A DNA stretch of 64,000 bases from Callorhinchus milii (lineage: Eukaryota): positions 44,828,001 to 44,892,000 of the forward strand of contig NW_024704742.1 in NCBI RefSeq assembly GCF_018977255.1, read 5' to 3'. Below, piece after piece: positions 37,251 to 50,589 of this stretch. The translations under genes were made by a program, and so were the position numbers. The notes below the pieces were generated by a model. That model was not told the DNA's origin. It saw only the letters and a program-made list of their open reading frames with translations, and did no database searches. The stretch's first letter is position 1. The number at the start of each line of letters is the position of its first letter.

Positions 37251-39924
37251 GATAAGATGCTATAAAAATGCAGCTTTATTTTTTCTATAGATGGACCTGA
37301 GCAATCACATCTGTACTTTCTCTTTTTGAGGTCACACATGTGCAAATTTTTCCTTGCAGAAATCCTTGATTTCTGTCTCCCTAATGATTGGGAAAGCCTT
37401 TTATCCATGTATTGCCATATTAAATTAGCACCATGCTTGAGATTTTTCAAGAGGCTCTTGCTGTTTAACTCAATTAAAAGTGTCTTGATCATGAACTTCC
37501 ACTTCAGAAGCAACTCTATAGTATAAAGGTTCTAATTAGACCCAATTGCTGTTGATCCAGAAAGGACTCAACCCATTTAGTAGCTAATTTAGCTGAAAGT
37601 CCTCCTTCTGAGCAGCTTGATCCTCAACACAAAAGGCCATTAAATGGCATTCTTTCTCATTTTCAGCAGTTTAAACACTAAATATATACATTACCTAAAT
37701 TTGTCATCCTTCCAATTTCTACATCTGAGTGCAGTGGAACTGATGAGGAAATTAGATCGTACTGACTGTCACCTTTGTGAAAAATGGTAATATTATAGCT
37801 TGTCCAACTCTGTCAAATGTGCTTTGTCTGGTGGAGTACAAAATAATGCATGAATGATCAACTTGACTTTTATATCCGGGTGCTATTTCTACTACCATGT
37901 TAAAAACTACAATGTCTTTCTGTAGTTGTTGTAAGCATAAAATAATATCTTGAGACATCATTCCTATACTACATTATGTTGCTATGTACTGTATTATCTT
38001 AATAATTGGCCTATGCAGGGATCAGGTGCTAGATTACAGACTTGTTAAAGTAGTTAATTTAATGATCAGTGTTGATTTATTGTTTGGAGCAGAAAACTGA
38101 CTTCATGCAATTGAATTGCTGAACTGAATCATGGTTTGAAAATTTAGAACAAAACTAGGAAAATAATAAAAATGAGGGTTTCATGTGATCCACTTGTGTT
38201 TCAAAAGGACTGTTTCAAATAATCCTGAGATGTAACCTATCAGCTATAACATAGAGGCAGTTGTTCTCTACTTGTCAGTAATGTATCCACATGTTGCAGT
38301 GAGCTAGTATTGTTCTCCATTTGTCAGTAAATTTATAGATCTTGGTGGTGCACTTACAATAGAGTATCAATGTGAAAGTCTAGTATAAATAGAGCAAAAG
38401 ACAATCTTTCATTCTGTATCTTATCTATTAATACTTGTTAATGACGTTTGGTCACAGAATGCTTTGGAATGTTTTAATGGACTGGGATACAAATCATATT
38501 CATCTTATATCAACAGAATGAAAAATATGGAGTGTGATATGATATCAGTGACAATTATCACATCAATTTTCTCAAGCATTTTGTCATCCTAATAACACAG
38601 ATTGTGATATTTTGGAAATTCTCAGTGAAATATCATTTTGTGTTTTACCTAGCAGTGCCTTTAACCACTCAGCAACTATGGTGCCAAGCAAACGTTTTTT
38701 GGTGGAGTTTTGAGATGATCAAAGGGAAGCATGTCAATAGTTAAGAATAGTGTACCTTATAATTAGCATCAAAACCAGTTAAATGCAATGGAACGCAATA
38801 ACAAAATGTGCCTTACCACACTGTCAGAAGGGAGTATTTATCTCAACAGTGCAACATTTTCCAATTACCTCACTTTTCTTATGGCCTCACAGAACGACAC
38901 AGCAAACTTGGTACCAGTTTGTTGCATATTGCATTTTATAGGCCTGTTCTTGGAGAAATTGGATAACTATTACTCAACCTCTATCTTTTATTCGTCTTAC
39001 AAATGGTCGAGAGAGGAGACTTTTATTCCATTAATAAGAGTTAGATTTAAACACAGGTTTCAAACGTGAACAAAACATTACTAACCTTATTCCACCTGGC
39101 TGTTTCATGAGCATAGATTTTTCAGTTATATAATGTAGCACCATTGCTCTTAAGCTTTAATTGTGGTCTTGAGCAAATTCCTACTGGAACAAACCTCACT
39201 AAACCAAATTAAATTCCTTGATCCAGCAATACAGTTTTCTCTGTATTTATTATCTTATATAATATTCATTACATGCATTATGCATGTTAATTTCAGGTTT
39301 AAAAATTAAAACGGCATATTTCAGCTTGCTTCAACTCTTGAACTTGAGGTAGTATTCTGCTTTGTGAAATTATAAGATAAAAGCCATTTTAATAACATCA
39401 GTAGATTTTCATGCAAACTGAAGAGTTATCAAGCAATTCAATTCTTCACAAGGGCGAAAGTTCCTGGTGTGAAAGTTGTACGTGAAAGAAAACACAATTC
39501 AAAACTTGTGTATATGATGATTGCACATCTGCAGAAGTGGGAGAAGACATGGACCGTTTGGACAACTAGATTTCTGGACTATGATTTATTTATTTTTATT
39601 TCCTTTTCGAAACACACTGTTTCCATAAATCTGTAGAAACGGGGCTGTGTGAATTTAAGATGAACGTTGTCTGCAAATGAATCATGCAGCTCAAGCTGAA
39701 TTGCTTTGAATGGATAGCATGGACAGCACTGATTACCCCTGCACCAGCTGCCTAAGCACCAGCTAGCCAGGCACTAACCACTTGAGATCCAGCCACCAAG
39801 CTATCATAGCAAAAGCGGTCCCACAACCAGCTATCCTGACCCACACTTTTCGAAATAGAAAATGAGGTCACAACTCCTGCACACATTCTGAAAATAAGAA
39901 TACAATTTAACATAAGAATGTGGT

Positions 39925-40190
39925 ACCTCCCTGATGATTTAGTGGGGCAGTTGCACCATGTACTACAGTACTAAGTCAAACACGTTCAGGAATAGGATAT
40001 TTGACCTGTGTTGAAGCAGCCCAGCTCAGCTTGGATGGTGCTGGGGCCGATACGCTGGCTGTAAGCCTATGGCCAGGAAGTGCATACAGTAATTATCCAG
40101 TGTCTCTTGCTGGAAAAAGCATGCATTTGAAAATTGGGTGAGGATAGGATCATGCTATGCTTAAATTCTCTTGGTGAGAAACGAGAGATC
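39925..40190 (+). mobile_element. Old interspersed repeat, family C (SINE-like)
   Basis: shares ttatccagtg..gctggaaa..gggtgaggataggatc with 62595-62900 and, inverted, with 47245-47500. Confidence 0.55.
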
Positions 40191-40812
40191 ACCAGTGCTT
40201 GTAGAACCATGCCCCAGCACAAACAACACAACAGGAGGGAGAGAATAAACACGCTGCAACACACACAAATACACTGCAATTCTGAAATAGATAAATCATG
40301 ACTCAATAATTTAAATAAGATTATTTTGGAAATATAAGGGCTTATAAGTACACAATGAAGCTGTCCAATAAATTGTTATTTTAGTAACAGTTAACAGTTT
40401 TAGAGGTACGCACATGAAAAAAACAAGTTCACTTGCATTGACACTGCTAAATTATATACATAACATACATTTAAGAGGATGTTATGTAGGTTCAAATATT
40501 GAAAGGCACCAACAGTTAATAGTTTCTGACTATTATTTGTTAGTTAAACTTTATTGTGCTAATTCTGATTCCATGGAAAAGTACAGTATCTTATATGGTG
40601 CATAGTCTGAGATCCAGAAATCTGTGGCAGTGGTTCTTCTGTCATCGACTAAACACAGTAAAACTTGCTTAAGTCTTATCTTTAAAAATTGTATAATTGC
40701 CTAAGTCATATATCCACCTGAGTCCCATTCAGTTTCCAATCAAAAACACTTTGATTGCACTAGTCATATCACCTCCTAATTTGTAACCCCTACCCTCCAT
40801 GACTCCCACAAT

Positions 40813-41130
40813 TAATTACCAGATACATTGTAACGCAGGAAATGACATCCTGATCCATCGACGCATGCAAAATTAACATCTGGCTGTACTGAAATGCAGG
40901 AAACATAGTCTTGATCCATCCACGCATGCGCAGAAAAACTTAATTTCCCACGATTCAATGCAATTCTAACTTCTTGCTGGTAAGTGCACATGCAGTGATG
41001 GGTCAAGAATCATTGAATTGCAGGAAAAGTATGCTTGACCTGTCACCACAAGCACACTTACCATATGGCTGCAGGAATGAACTACCGCATGGATACTTAC
41101 CGGATGCATTAAATTACGCATACGCAGTAT
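40813..41130. repeat. Array of ~61-bp direct and inverted units
   Basis: GCAGGAAA-N7-YTGAYC at 40835, 40896 and 41020; inverted unit at ~40978-41012. Confidence 0.65.
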
Positions 41131-41889
41131 AGATTATTGAATAAATCAGATTTTATATGATTTACACATTGCACTCAACTGGGACATCACGCAAGTCATA
41201 TTAAATATTATGATCTTGACTGATATGACGTATGTAAATTTTACTGTATACATTCCTTTGGGTAACAGGGTGTGTGGTATGCTAGTGGTATGATGCACCC
41301 AAAAAGAGGTTGTTGCGACAGAACTGAATTCCCGTGGGTTGGCATGATACACATCTGGTTACTGGCAACATTCAATATTTACAAATCCTATTGTGAATAT
41401 TGCATTTTGACTCCACTATTACTCTAAATCTATACTGATTGGTTAGCACTCATTGAAAATCAAGAAACAGAATGATCAATGCATATTGCAAACTGTTATT
41501 CCACATGTGTGGTCACAAAGTCTTAGTACTTTTTCTAAGAAAATTCATCCCTTTGTTTATCAATCAGTTACAAGCTGTCGTTGAGAAGGAACACCATATT
41601 ATTTAGAGCTTAGCAAATATGAAGTCACACATCATATATCATGCAGGAAAAAAGTTCATTTTATAAAGGATAAACTTTTCAATGTGATGGATTGTTTTTT
41701 GCTCTGTATCCCGGTACTGAATGCTTGAATGAACACTCCTTGGATATCTTCATCAGCAGCAAAAGGTCATGAAATACATTCTCAAGTCGAAACGTCAGAA
41801 CTTATTCAGTATTAATAATTTTTCTTTTTAATAACTTGATTGAGTAACATTAATAGCAAATCAAAATAAATACTTATATAAGAAATAAC

Positions 41890-41998
41890 GGGTGGGGATT
41901 CCCTTCAGCGTTATGCGCAGCACCTTTGGTGATGTTGGCCACAATACCATTTTCCGTTAAAAAGAAGTCAAGAGTAATGCTGAATGGAATTTCAGCCC
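41890..41998. mobile_element. Short MITE-like element with ~24-bp terminal inverted repeats
   Basis: gggtggggattcccttcagcgtta ... taatgctgaatggaatttcagccc; no clear TSD. Confidence 0.6.
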
Positions 41999-42997
41999 CA
42001 TTATTCTGGCTGATTACTGAAACGTCTTACATAGTGCATGTTTTAAATACTTTTGATAAAGAGAGATGTGCAGGTAGCAATGTGTCAAGCAGCGTTGGAA
42101 CAGCTGGTGATTTTCACAAACGATATTGTTGAACAGATCTCAATAACTAATGTTGAAGTATTTCACAGTTGAGTAACCTGGAATATTGATTAGATTATGT
42201 GATTTGGAAATACAATGTTCTGATTAGCTAAACACTGTATATTCAAACTGGATTGAGGAAAGTCACGTCAGAGTGAAGGCACCCTCAGTGCAAACTCTAA
42301 CTGCTAACCAATCGTTCCCCATTTCCCCACTCCCAGTTCAGTAGCCACGTCTCTCCTCTGATTTGAAGCCAATTGATGTTTTTTTCAAACCTGGAAATGA
42401 GCAGAAAAATAAGTCTGTGGCTGAAACATTAACAGATACTCGGATAACAGGAATCCCCAGAAGTGCATGGGGTAACTAAAGATAGTTGCCAGTAGAAGAA
42501 TGCACACTGTGCTCATCTTTCTATCTCTCCTCAATTACACAGATGAGCTCCCTCATTACTTATACCTGGTTTACATTGTACTTTTCATGAATAAGCATGG
42601 TATAAATTGAAGCTGAACAGCATGATCCCAAAGCAAATCACACTGGCGGCCGGCTTCTGAGATCAACTTGAGAAGGTGCTTTCGGTAGCACATCGATTGT
42701 CACTGTTGTGGTATAACTCCAAAGGTGCTAATCGATTCTGGCTGAACTCAGAAACATGTGACCAGCTCTTCAATAACATTAGATAACATCTGTTATCACA
42801 GCTCTGTATGCTCACTAGGCTTTATGTGTGAAAGACGCTCTCAGCCATCGGGAAGACAATTATGAATCAGAGGCCCAAAATATCTCATGATCTAAGAGAC
42901 TAAATACCTTAAAAAAAGCCATAAAAATTGTGCAGAATTTTAGAGAATTCTTCAACCTTGATATGGAAGTTGTTTTCAGTACTTTTATTTATTATAG

Positions 42998-43316
42998 TAA
43001 TAATAATAATAAATAATAATCCTTGCATTTGATATAGCGCTTTCCAAATCTTCTAGACATCTCAAAGCGCTTCCCAGAATATGCTGTAAAGTGAATTGAT
43101 CATATATTTGTGGGCGAAATGCGGCAGCCAATTTCGCACAGCAATGTCCCACAAACAGTCGTGGATTGAAAATGACCAATTTATTATTGTTTTATTTTGG
43201 AGGGATTATTATAAGGAGTGTGGAGTAAGGAAACTTGCCCAAGGTTTCACCCTGCCTGGAATTGAACCCAGGTATCTCACTTGCAAGGCAAGTGCTCTAA
43301 CGACTGAGCTACAGGA
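42998..43316 (-). mobile_element. SINE family A, short form
   Basis: closely similar to 28059-28376. Confidence 0.9.
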
Positions 43317-43354
43317 CTTCACTCCATTCTCATTGCTTGCATATGATAAAGCAC

Positions 43355-43995
43355 CTGTCACACCATTGAAACAGCTCAAAGGGGTTCACAAGATTTCACT
43401 GTGAAGTGCAGTGACTGCATTTTGTAGGCAAACACAGCAGCTAACTTATGCAACAATGTCTCACAAATTAACTAGTCATGACACAGATGATCAATTTTAT
43501 AATAATAATAATCATCGCAATTGATATAACGCTTTTTCATGTCTTCTAGACGTCTCAAAGCGCTTCATAGAATACACTGTAAAGTGAATTGACTGTATAT
43601 TTGTGGGGGAAACACGGCAGCCAATTGCACACAGCCGTGTCCCACAAACAGTCATGAATTGAAGTGACCAATTTATTATTTTTTTTCTTGAGGGATTATT
43701 ATCAGGCATGTGGAGTAAGGAAACTTGCCCAAGGTTCGCGCTGTCAGGAATTTTATCTGTCAGCATTTTATTTGACGTTTGCTGGCCAGGGCGCTGGGAA
43801 ATACTTTTGTCTCAAACAGTACCATAGGATCTTTAATATATGCCTGAACAAGCAATGACTCGCAAAATCTTCTTTAACAGCTCAGCCAAAGGACGGCGTC
43901 CAATGATGCGTTGCTCACCAGCACTGCACTGCAGCTCAAGTCATTGGATTTAGAATCCACAACATTCTGAGTGCTGGAAAAGTGAACCAGTCTGA
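43355..43995 (-). mobile_element. SINE family B interrupted by a family A copy
   Basis: 3' part at 43355-43498; Deu core and head at 43775-43995. Confidence 0.65.
43499..43752 (-). mobile_element. SINE family A, short form, 5'-truncated, nested
   Basis: tail and body as at 42998-43260. Confidence 0.85.
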
Positions 43996-44279
43996 CTCCT
44001 ATTTTAAGAAGCACACAGTGAGAACTTAAAATGCATTTCCTCATGCTTGTACTATGCTTATAATATGATTTTCCATAATAAATTAAGAATAAAAAGTTCA
44101 CTAGCATCAATAAACAGTGTATGTTAATCTTCCATAAATTTTATTGCATCTGGTTTTGGCATCTATATAGTTTTAGAAATCTTTCCAGCAGAGTTGAACA
44201 CACTTTTTACTGTTTAATTGATAAATGTTTCAGAAATGATTTTGTAAGTGGCATCATATGTTTTTATATTATTAGGATA

Positions 44280-44375
44280 ACATACAAATATACAGTCATT
44301 ATGCAGGAAATCCCTGTGAAGCACTTTACAATATTTTATCACTATAGGTGCTATTTCAAATGCAATGATTATTAT
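44280..44375 (+). mobile_element. SINE 3' tail
   Basis: ctgtgaagcacttt...ggtgctatttcaaatgcaatgattattatt. Confidence 0.65.
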
Positions 44376-44891
44376 TTGCTTGATGCTAATTCATTTGTTT
44401 TACCAACAAACATGTGTTCAGGTTTCTCTCATATCAATTTATCTTTAGGAGTAACTGCATCCATAATAAGCAAAACAGCATACATTTGTAAAGGTCTTTT
44501 ATGACTAATTCTTTATAACTTCAAACAGCTGAGCGCTAATTAATTTCAAATAGCAAATGAGATGCAAGAGTTTCACCTGATATATCCCACAACCATAATT
44601 TTGCAGGCCAAAGCATTACTCTTACAAGGATACATTCAATGTGCTCATGAGTCAAGGTTAAATGTTAGATTTTGTGTTTAGATCTGCATATAATCATAAT
44701 AAAATTCTTGCCTCTAATAAGGGCAAAAAGCTAAAACGTCTCAAAGTGTTTCATGTGTCACATGTAATACTTTGTATTTGAAGTGAATATTGCCATAGAA
44801 TTTTTTGCATCCATCTGCAAACAACAAATGTTATTGTGGTGTAAATATCTGAATAGAAATGCTTACTTTACTAATATTTTCATTTGACTAT

Positions 44892-45726
44892 TGTTAGGAT
44901 TTACACTTTTTGTATAATGTTAGAATCATAATGGATGTTGTGAACGGGTTAACTTTTAAGTTAAGCGTGGGGGGCAACTGGACTGACAGTCATGGGATAG
45001 GACTCATCTGTTTTTCTCTGTTTTTGAAAGAATAACGGACAGGGGCAGGGGGTCACCTCTTATCAGTAAATGACAACAAGCCACAGAGGTAACGGTCCAA
45101 GGTAGCAGTCGACACAGGATCTCGACTGAGCAATAAGTCGCTTCTGACAGGGCCAAGCGACAGAAGGCAACCCTCAAGAATAGCAATTAATGAGCAAGTT
45201 GCTTAAACTAGAGAACCTTGGTACCATCTCGGGATACTGATAAGAAATAACCAGTCACTTAAAAAGAATGTACTAATGATCCCACACCACAAAATAATGA
45301 GCACCAGATACAGCCCTAAACTGATCAATCCTCTATCTTAGACAATTAAGGACAATGTGTATGTGTGCTGAGGCACGTACACCCCATGAGGTGTTCACGT
45401 AAACCCAGCATGATTTTCGCCAGGTGACCTAATGTCCGCACCATGATTGGATGGACACAAGCTTAAGACACCGTGCCAGACCAAGATCGGTATGCGCCCG
45501 GGACAGTACCTATCATGGATGGAAGACTGAGAGCTAGATGTCAGAAGTAGACGAGCACGAGGAGGGATTACGCGGTAGTATTGTTCTGTTAGTGAATTGA
45601 TTGATTGTGCTTACTTGCCCACGCCCATCGGGAATTTGGACGGATCCTGGAGTTTAATAAACACCACTCTGGTTGCAATCAGTGGCTGTGTTTGATTGGA
45701 ACTCGAAAAGGTTTTTTTTCTTAACA
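44892..45726 (+). mobile_element. Solo LTR (835 bp) of an LTR retrotransposon or endogenous retrovirus
   Basis: starts TGTTAGGA, ends TCTTAACA; 4-bp TSD CTAT at 44888-44891 and 45727-45730; AATAAA at 45656-45661; CpG-rich relative to flanks. Confidence 0.85.
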
Positions 45727-46724
45727 CTATCAATGATGAGGAATGATTCCTGGATTATCGTCTCACTATCCAATATTGTTGCTATATTTTCTGACTTTCT
45801 CTGCTGCTTTCATGAAATGAACTATGTCTCTTTAATAAACTGCTTTAATGGTTGGATTTAATGGTTCTCCTGCCTTCAGAGAAAAACCTTTATGACAAAA
45901 TGTAGTTTTAAAAGGCATCAGGAGTGCAATTTCTCAGCCTCTCTCGAGTGGGGAACTGCGAGCCTTCATTTTCCCCAACTTGTTGGTATGTGATCTTTGG
46001 TTAATTTTTGTCTTTGAAATACCAAACTTCTGGAGTGATTGCAGTTTCCTCTTGACCATAATAGCCATCAGGAAATTAATTGCTCCTGGACTTTCAATGG
46101 ATCAAACAGACATCTGGAGTAAATGCTTCTCTTTCATTATTCTATTGAACAATGGGAATTGTATGAAAGCAACAACTTCAGAAATTCTACCAGAGGTGAA
46201 ACGATGCCTGCTTCCTGCTGCATTCTTAAATACTGTAAGAAATACAGTTTACCTTTGTAATGCATGTAGGATTAATAGTCTCCTCTATTTTTTAAATTCT
46301 TTGTGGATTACATAGCAACAATCATTATGAAGGGCCGATCTCTGCACTAGGTTTTCTCATATCACAGCTCGATATACATCCTGGTTATTTACCCCCAGTA
46401 AATAGGAGACGTCTTGAATTAGTTCTTCCCGCCAGAGTATTTACTAAGGATATGATTAAAATCTGCCCCCAAAATTGTCTGGAATATTTTATTGAAGTTG
46501 CTTGCTTTTCTCAAATTTGAAGGTGATGCAATAACTGCTAAAAAACTGCTTATCTGTCAAATTTGGAGAGAAAAACCTAAGACTAAATATCTAGACTGGC
46601 AATTTGGCTCAGTTACAAGGTGACCTCTTAGATCATAGCTTGCATCATTAAACCTCTGTATCTTCCGTTTACTCATTTCTCTCTCAAAGGCTGGCTAAAG
46701 CTGTAGCACAATTCCATTGTTAGT

Positions 46725-47220
46725 AACAACAACAATAAACAAACAACAACAAATTGAATTTATATAGCACCTTTCACGTCGGGAGGATGTCTCACAGTCC
46801 TGGACAGTGTGCCTCTCAATTGGGGCTTGGAATCAAGAGGGGTTGGCAGAGGGCAAGGGGGTGGAGACGGGAAGATGCCTGAAGGCACTTTATATACATT
46901 TATGTAAAGGAGTGTGAGAAGATGACCGAAGCCACGGTCAAAAAGGAAGTTTGAGGTAGGCAAGGGAAGGGGCGAAGCAAAGGGACTCCAGCATTGCGTT
47001 CCAGAGAGTGCGGGAAGAATGGCTGAACGCCCGACCGACCATGATGGGGGAAGCAGAGATGGGGATGTGAAGCAGGTCAGCAGCTGCTGAGCAGAGGGAG
47101 TGAGCGGGTCAATAGGATTTTAGAAGGTGGGCAAGATTTAAAAATGAAGACGAGTATTTTAAACTCAATCCTCTGGGGATGGGGAGCGGGAGTGGCCGAG
47201 CAAAGATGGTTGTGATAGGC
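46725..47220 (-). mobile_element. L2 3' fragment
   Basis: (CAA)n tail, ctttcacgtcgggaggatgtctc stem-loop, ctctggggatggggagc (WLPIPQRI-like on minus). Confidence 0.8.
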
Positions 47221-47244
47221 TCGCAGAGATACTTTAGTGATTCT

Positions 47245-47500
47245 GTACCTTAACCAAGTGCCTTTCCTTTATTTGTGAAGGTAATAAAAGTTGGTAGATT
47301 ATTTAGTAATCGGAGCTGAGCACAATTATGTGTGATGCACACACACACACGCACACATGTGCACACACGCACACACATCCAGCAAGTGACATGAACAATA
47401 ATCAGGTGTGGGAACTCTGGCTGATTGTCTCCTTTCTGGCCCAGAAGTAGTGAGGCCCAATGTAATGTGTTTGTCAACATCTCAGCTGAGATCAGTGATC
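47245..47500 (-). mobile_element. Family C repeat containing a (CA)n microsatellite
   Basis: inverted similarity to 62595-62900; (CA)n at ~47338-47377. Confidence 0.5.
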
Positions 47501-49974
47501 AAACTTGATGTCCAAAAATATCTCATGATTTGAGTCTTAAAAGAGTTGTCTCATAATTTTACTCAACTCTGGCAGTTAAACACAAATATTACAATATTAT
47601 GTTACTAATCATCCAGCTCTTACTCTCCACTGAATGTAAATCAGCATGTTTTTCTGTTAATCACTAAATGTACTGTTCTTGTCAATGTGACCTTCTAATG
47701 TGACTCACCAATGGCTGGTTAATAATTTCCTAATCTAGTAGAGTACTGTATTGCTGGACTGTTAAATTATTAGTGGTGTAAAATGTAACATTTTTTAAAT
47801 AAATCACTTCGTGCTGGAGCCTAATTTCTATCTGGTGATATTAAATATTACATTTCTGTTCCTGATGAATCACTAAAATATGGAAAATTAGTTACATACT
47901 TAACAGAGTCTATAATGTTACCTGCATTGTGATTTCTCATCTGAATTTATTACATAACATGAGACAACTCACCTTTATGTAAATACTCAATATTTAGACA
48001 GAGAAGATAGGAAATTCTAAATAATTGCAACCATCCTCAATCACTGTTATCAACTGCTGTATTTCATGTACCATTGTGTTCTGTGCTTGTTTAGTGCATT
48101 CACAGGTAATAGCTGGCAAATTGCTGGTATGCTGGATAAAGGCTGATATCCAGTTTGTGTCAAGGGTCATACAACAGAAGTACATCATCAGCACAAAACC
48201 CATTGAAAACATTTCTTTTCCCTCCAAATCCATTTTGGTAATAACAAATGAAGCATGCAAATAATCCTCCATTCACTGCTAGATGCATTATTCATTGGCC
48301 GGTGTTCAGTTTTGCAGTTACACAGCTTCAGATTAATAGCTGTGCATGATACCATTGTGCATCAGATATTAATCCTTTGTCATGTAGCAGTGGAAAAATA
48401 TGAACGCCATCTGCTTAATAATTCATAATTATCTTTCATGTTTGATACTTTCCCACCGAACACTTAAAGCTTCATTCAGATCCATTCCATCCTTTTTTTT
48501 GTGACCAAACTAAATGCTGGATTTTATGTAAACCATAACAGTTCATTTTTGTTCTTATGAAAAAAGCTAATTCCACCAATATCCCTGAAGCAACAGAATC
48601 AATTGTGTCTTCTTTGTCACCATTTCTCTTGTAAGATGGATTTCTCTAGTTTGTGCAACATTTATTTGTATTTATATTTCTTTATTGAAGTGTTTTTATT
48701 CAGGATAACACAATCATCTCATTATCCTGGGTACTGAATTGTTATCCTAAAACACACATACAGAGCAATCTACTATGTATAACAATGGCATTCCATGATT
48801 ATTAGCATTAGTGCATAAGGACAGCAAGATGGTGGTGTAAATATTGCTTTAATATTTAGCTATACAGTACTATTATTGATTATTTCAACATACACAATTG
48901 AAAGCATAGGCCCACTCTCTAATTCTGTCTTTAGGATCTGTTTAAAAAACAAAGGATGTGTTATAAAGAGGAAATTTTTTATAGTTTCAAAATCAGTCAG
49001 GGAGAAGAAAAATATTTGTTACATCTGGGTAAGTAATCACTCTAATTGCATATACAATACTTGCAAAAGTTGCTTTGTTTTAAAATTGTGTTTTATCTCA
49101 CAGATTTTGATGCGAGTGAAGGAAACATTCTTTACCGATCTAAGATGTTAACATGTTCTGCATTGTTTAACCAATGAAATTTTTAATTGGGAGCGAATGT
49201 CAATACACTTGCAGTTTAAGAGGAATCACAGAGCAGTTTGGTGACAAGATAAGCGGCTTCTTTACAACAGAAATAATTAATTGTGATTAGCTTCCAGTGA
49301 TAACATAATTTGTAATTTATCTGACAGACAAGTAATACCAACTCAAATGGTACTGAAAAGATTGTAAAGTCCAAGCATACGTGAAATGAGAGACTTCTTC
49401 CAGATGAAAGGGCCGAGATATTGGAGGTTTCTGCTATCAAACAATTAGAAGCATATAGAACTTTGGTTTTATTTTATGCAGATGTGTTCACAAGAAAATG
49501 AACTTCTGAAGCGTGAAAATGAGCATTCATGTATAATCAATAACGCAACATTGTACATGGATCCGTGATGCACTGATATAAACAACATTGAACAAAAATA
49601 ACCAACTTAGTTTCTCTTTCTACAAAGGTTTGGAACTTGTGTCTTCTAAACAATAAACCTTATTTAAATAATATTAATATTAAAAATCATCAAATGGCAC
49701 ATGGCTAGAATGTAATCTTCAAGCACACAAAAACTAAAACCCCACAATACCACTGAATAAAGTCAGGGAATCAGAATAATTAAAATTGGAAACACTAACA
49801 TTTAAAACAAATCCTTTGAAGCAAGAATTACCAATTTAATGTTAATTAAATGTCATTGATGTTAATGAAATGCAGCGCTCCAAGACGCTATTTCACATGA
49901 AGGGTGCTATATTAATGCAAATTGTTTTCATTGTTAATGGAGCTTATTGTGATCTGAATCAAATTCAGCGATAT

Positions 49975-50238
49975 TCTTTAGCTGAGACATTAAAGTGAGG
50001 TTTTGTTTCTATTCAGATGGATATTAAAGGACCCTTGACACTATTGGAAAAGAAAGAAAATCTAGCAGATAAATTGGTCATTCACCTTCTGACTGTTTGT
50101 GGGACATTACTGTGCACAAATTAACAGCAACATTCAAATGTAAGTACACAGTCACGATACTTAACAGTTATTACTGTGAAATGCTTTGAAATATTTTGAT
50201 GTTATATGTGCTGTATCAAATGCAATTATTATTATTAT
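49975..50238 (+). mobile_element. SINE family B 3' half
   Basis: gagacattaaagtgagg...ttcagatggatattaaagg; tail tcaaatgcaattattattatta. Confidence 0.7.
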
Positions 50239-50589
50239 AAATCCTTAGCTTTACTAAAGATACGCACGATGATTGTATTCAAAGCCACGACACTGGTTCT
50301 GTTTACACATCATTTGTCCTTGCCTAAATGCTGCAATATCTCATGAATGAACAATGTGTATAAAGCTATCACCCAAGCTGACGTTAATGTAAAAGCGCCA
50401 CGAGGGGTATCTTATAAACCTTGTGCCAGTTGATCGCTGTCAATTTCAGACATCATTCCAATCAATCTTTGCAACGCCTCTCTTATTATCTGAACATGTA
50501 TCACTAATATAAGTGATAGTATTTTGCTTGTTGGTATGCTCCCATTAGCTGTTTTATGATTATTATTATTCATAGGTTTCCTTACATCC

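Noticed and set aside
38261..38336. Two ~26-bp direct repeats 49 bp apart
   Set aside because: Ordinary decayed tandem duplication
41093..41106. ATACTTACC, resembling the U1 snRNA 5' end
   Set aside because: Similarity stops after 9 nt
40813..41130. CRISPR-like reading of the spaced repeats
   Set aside because: Vertebrate context, degenerate mixed-orientation units, no cas genes
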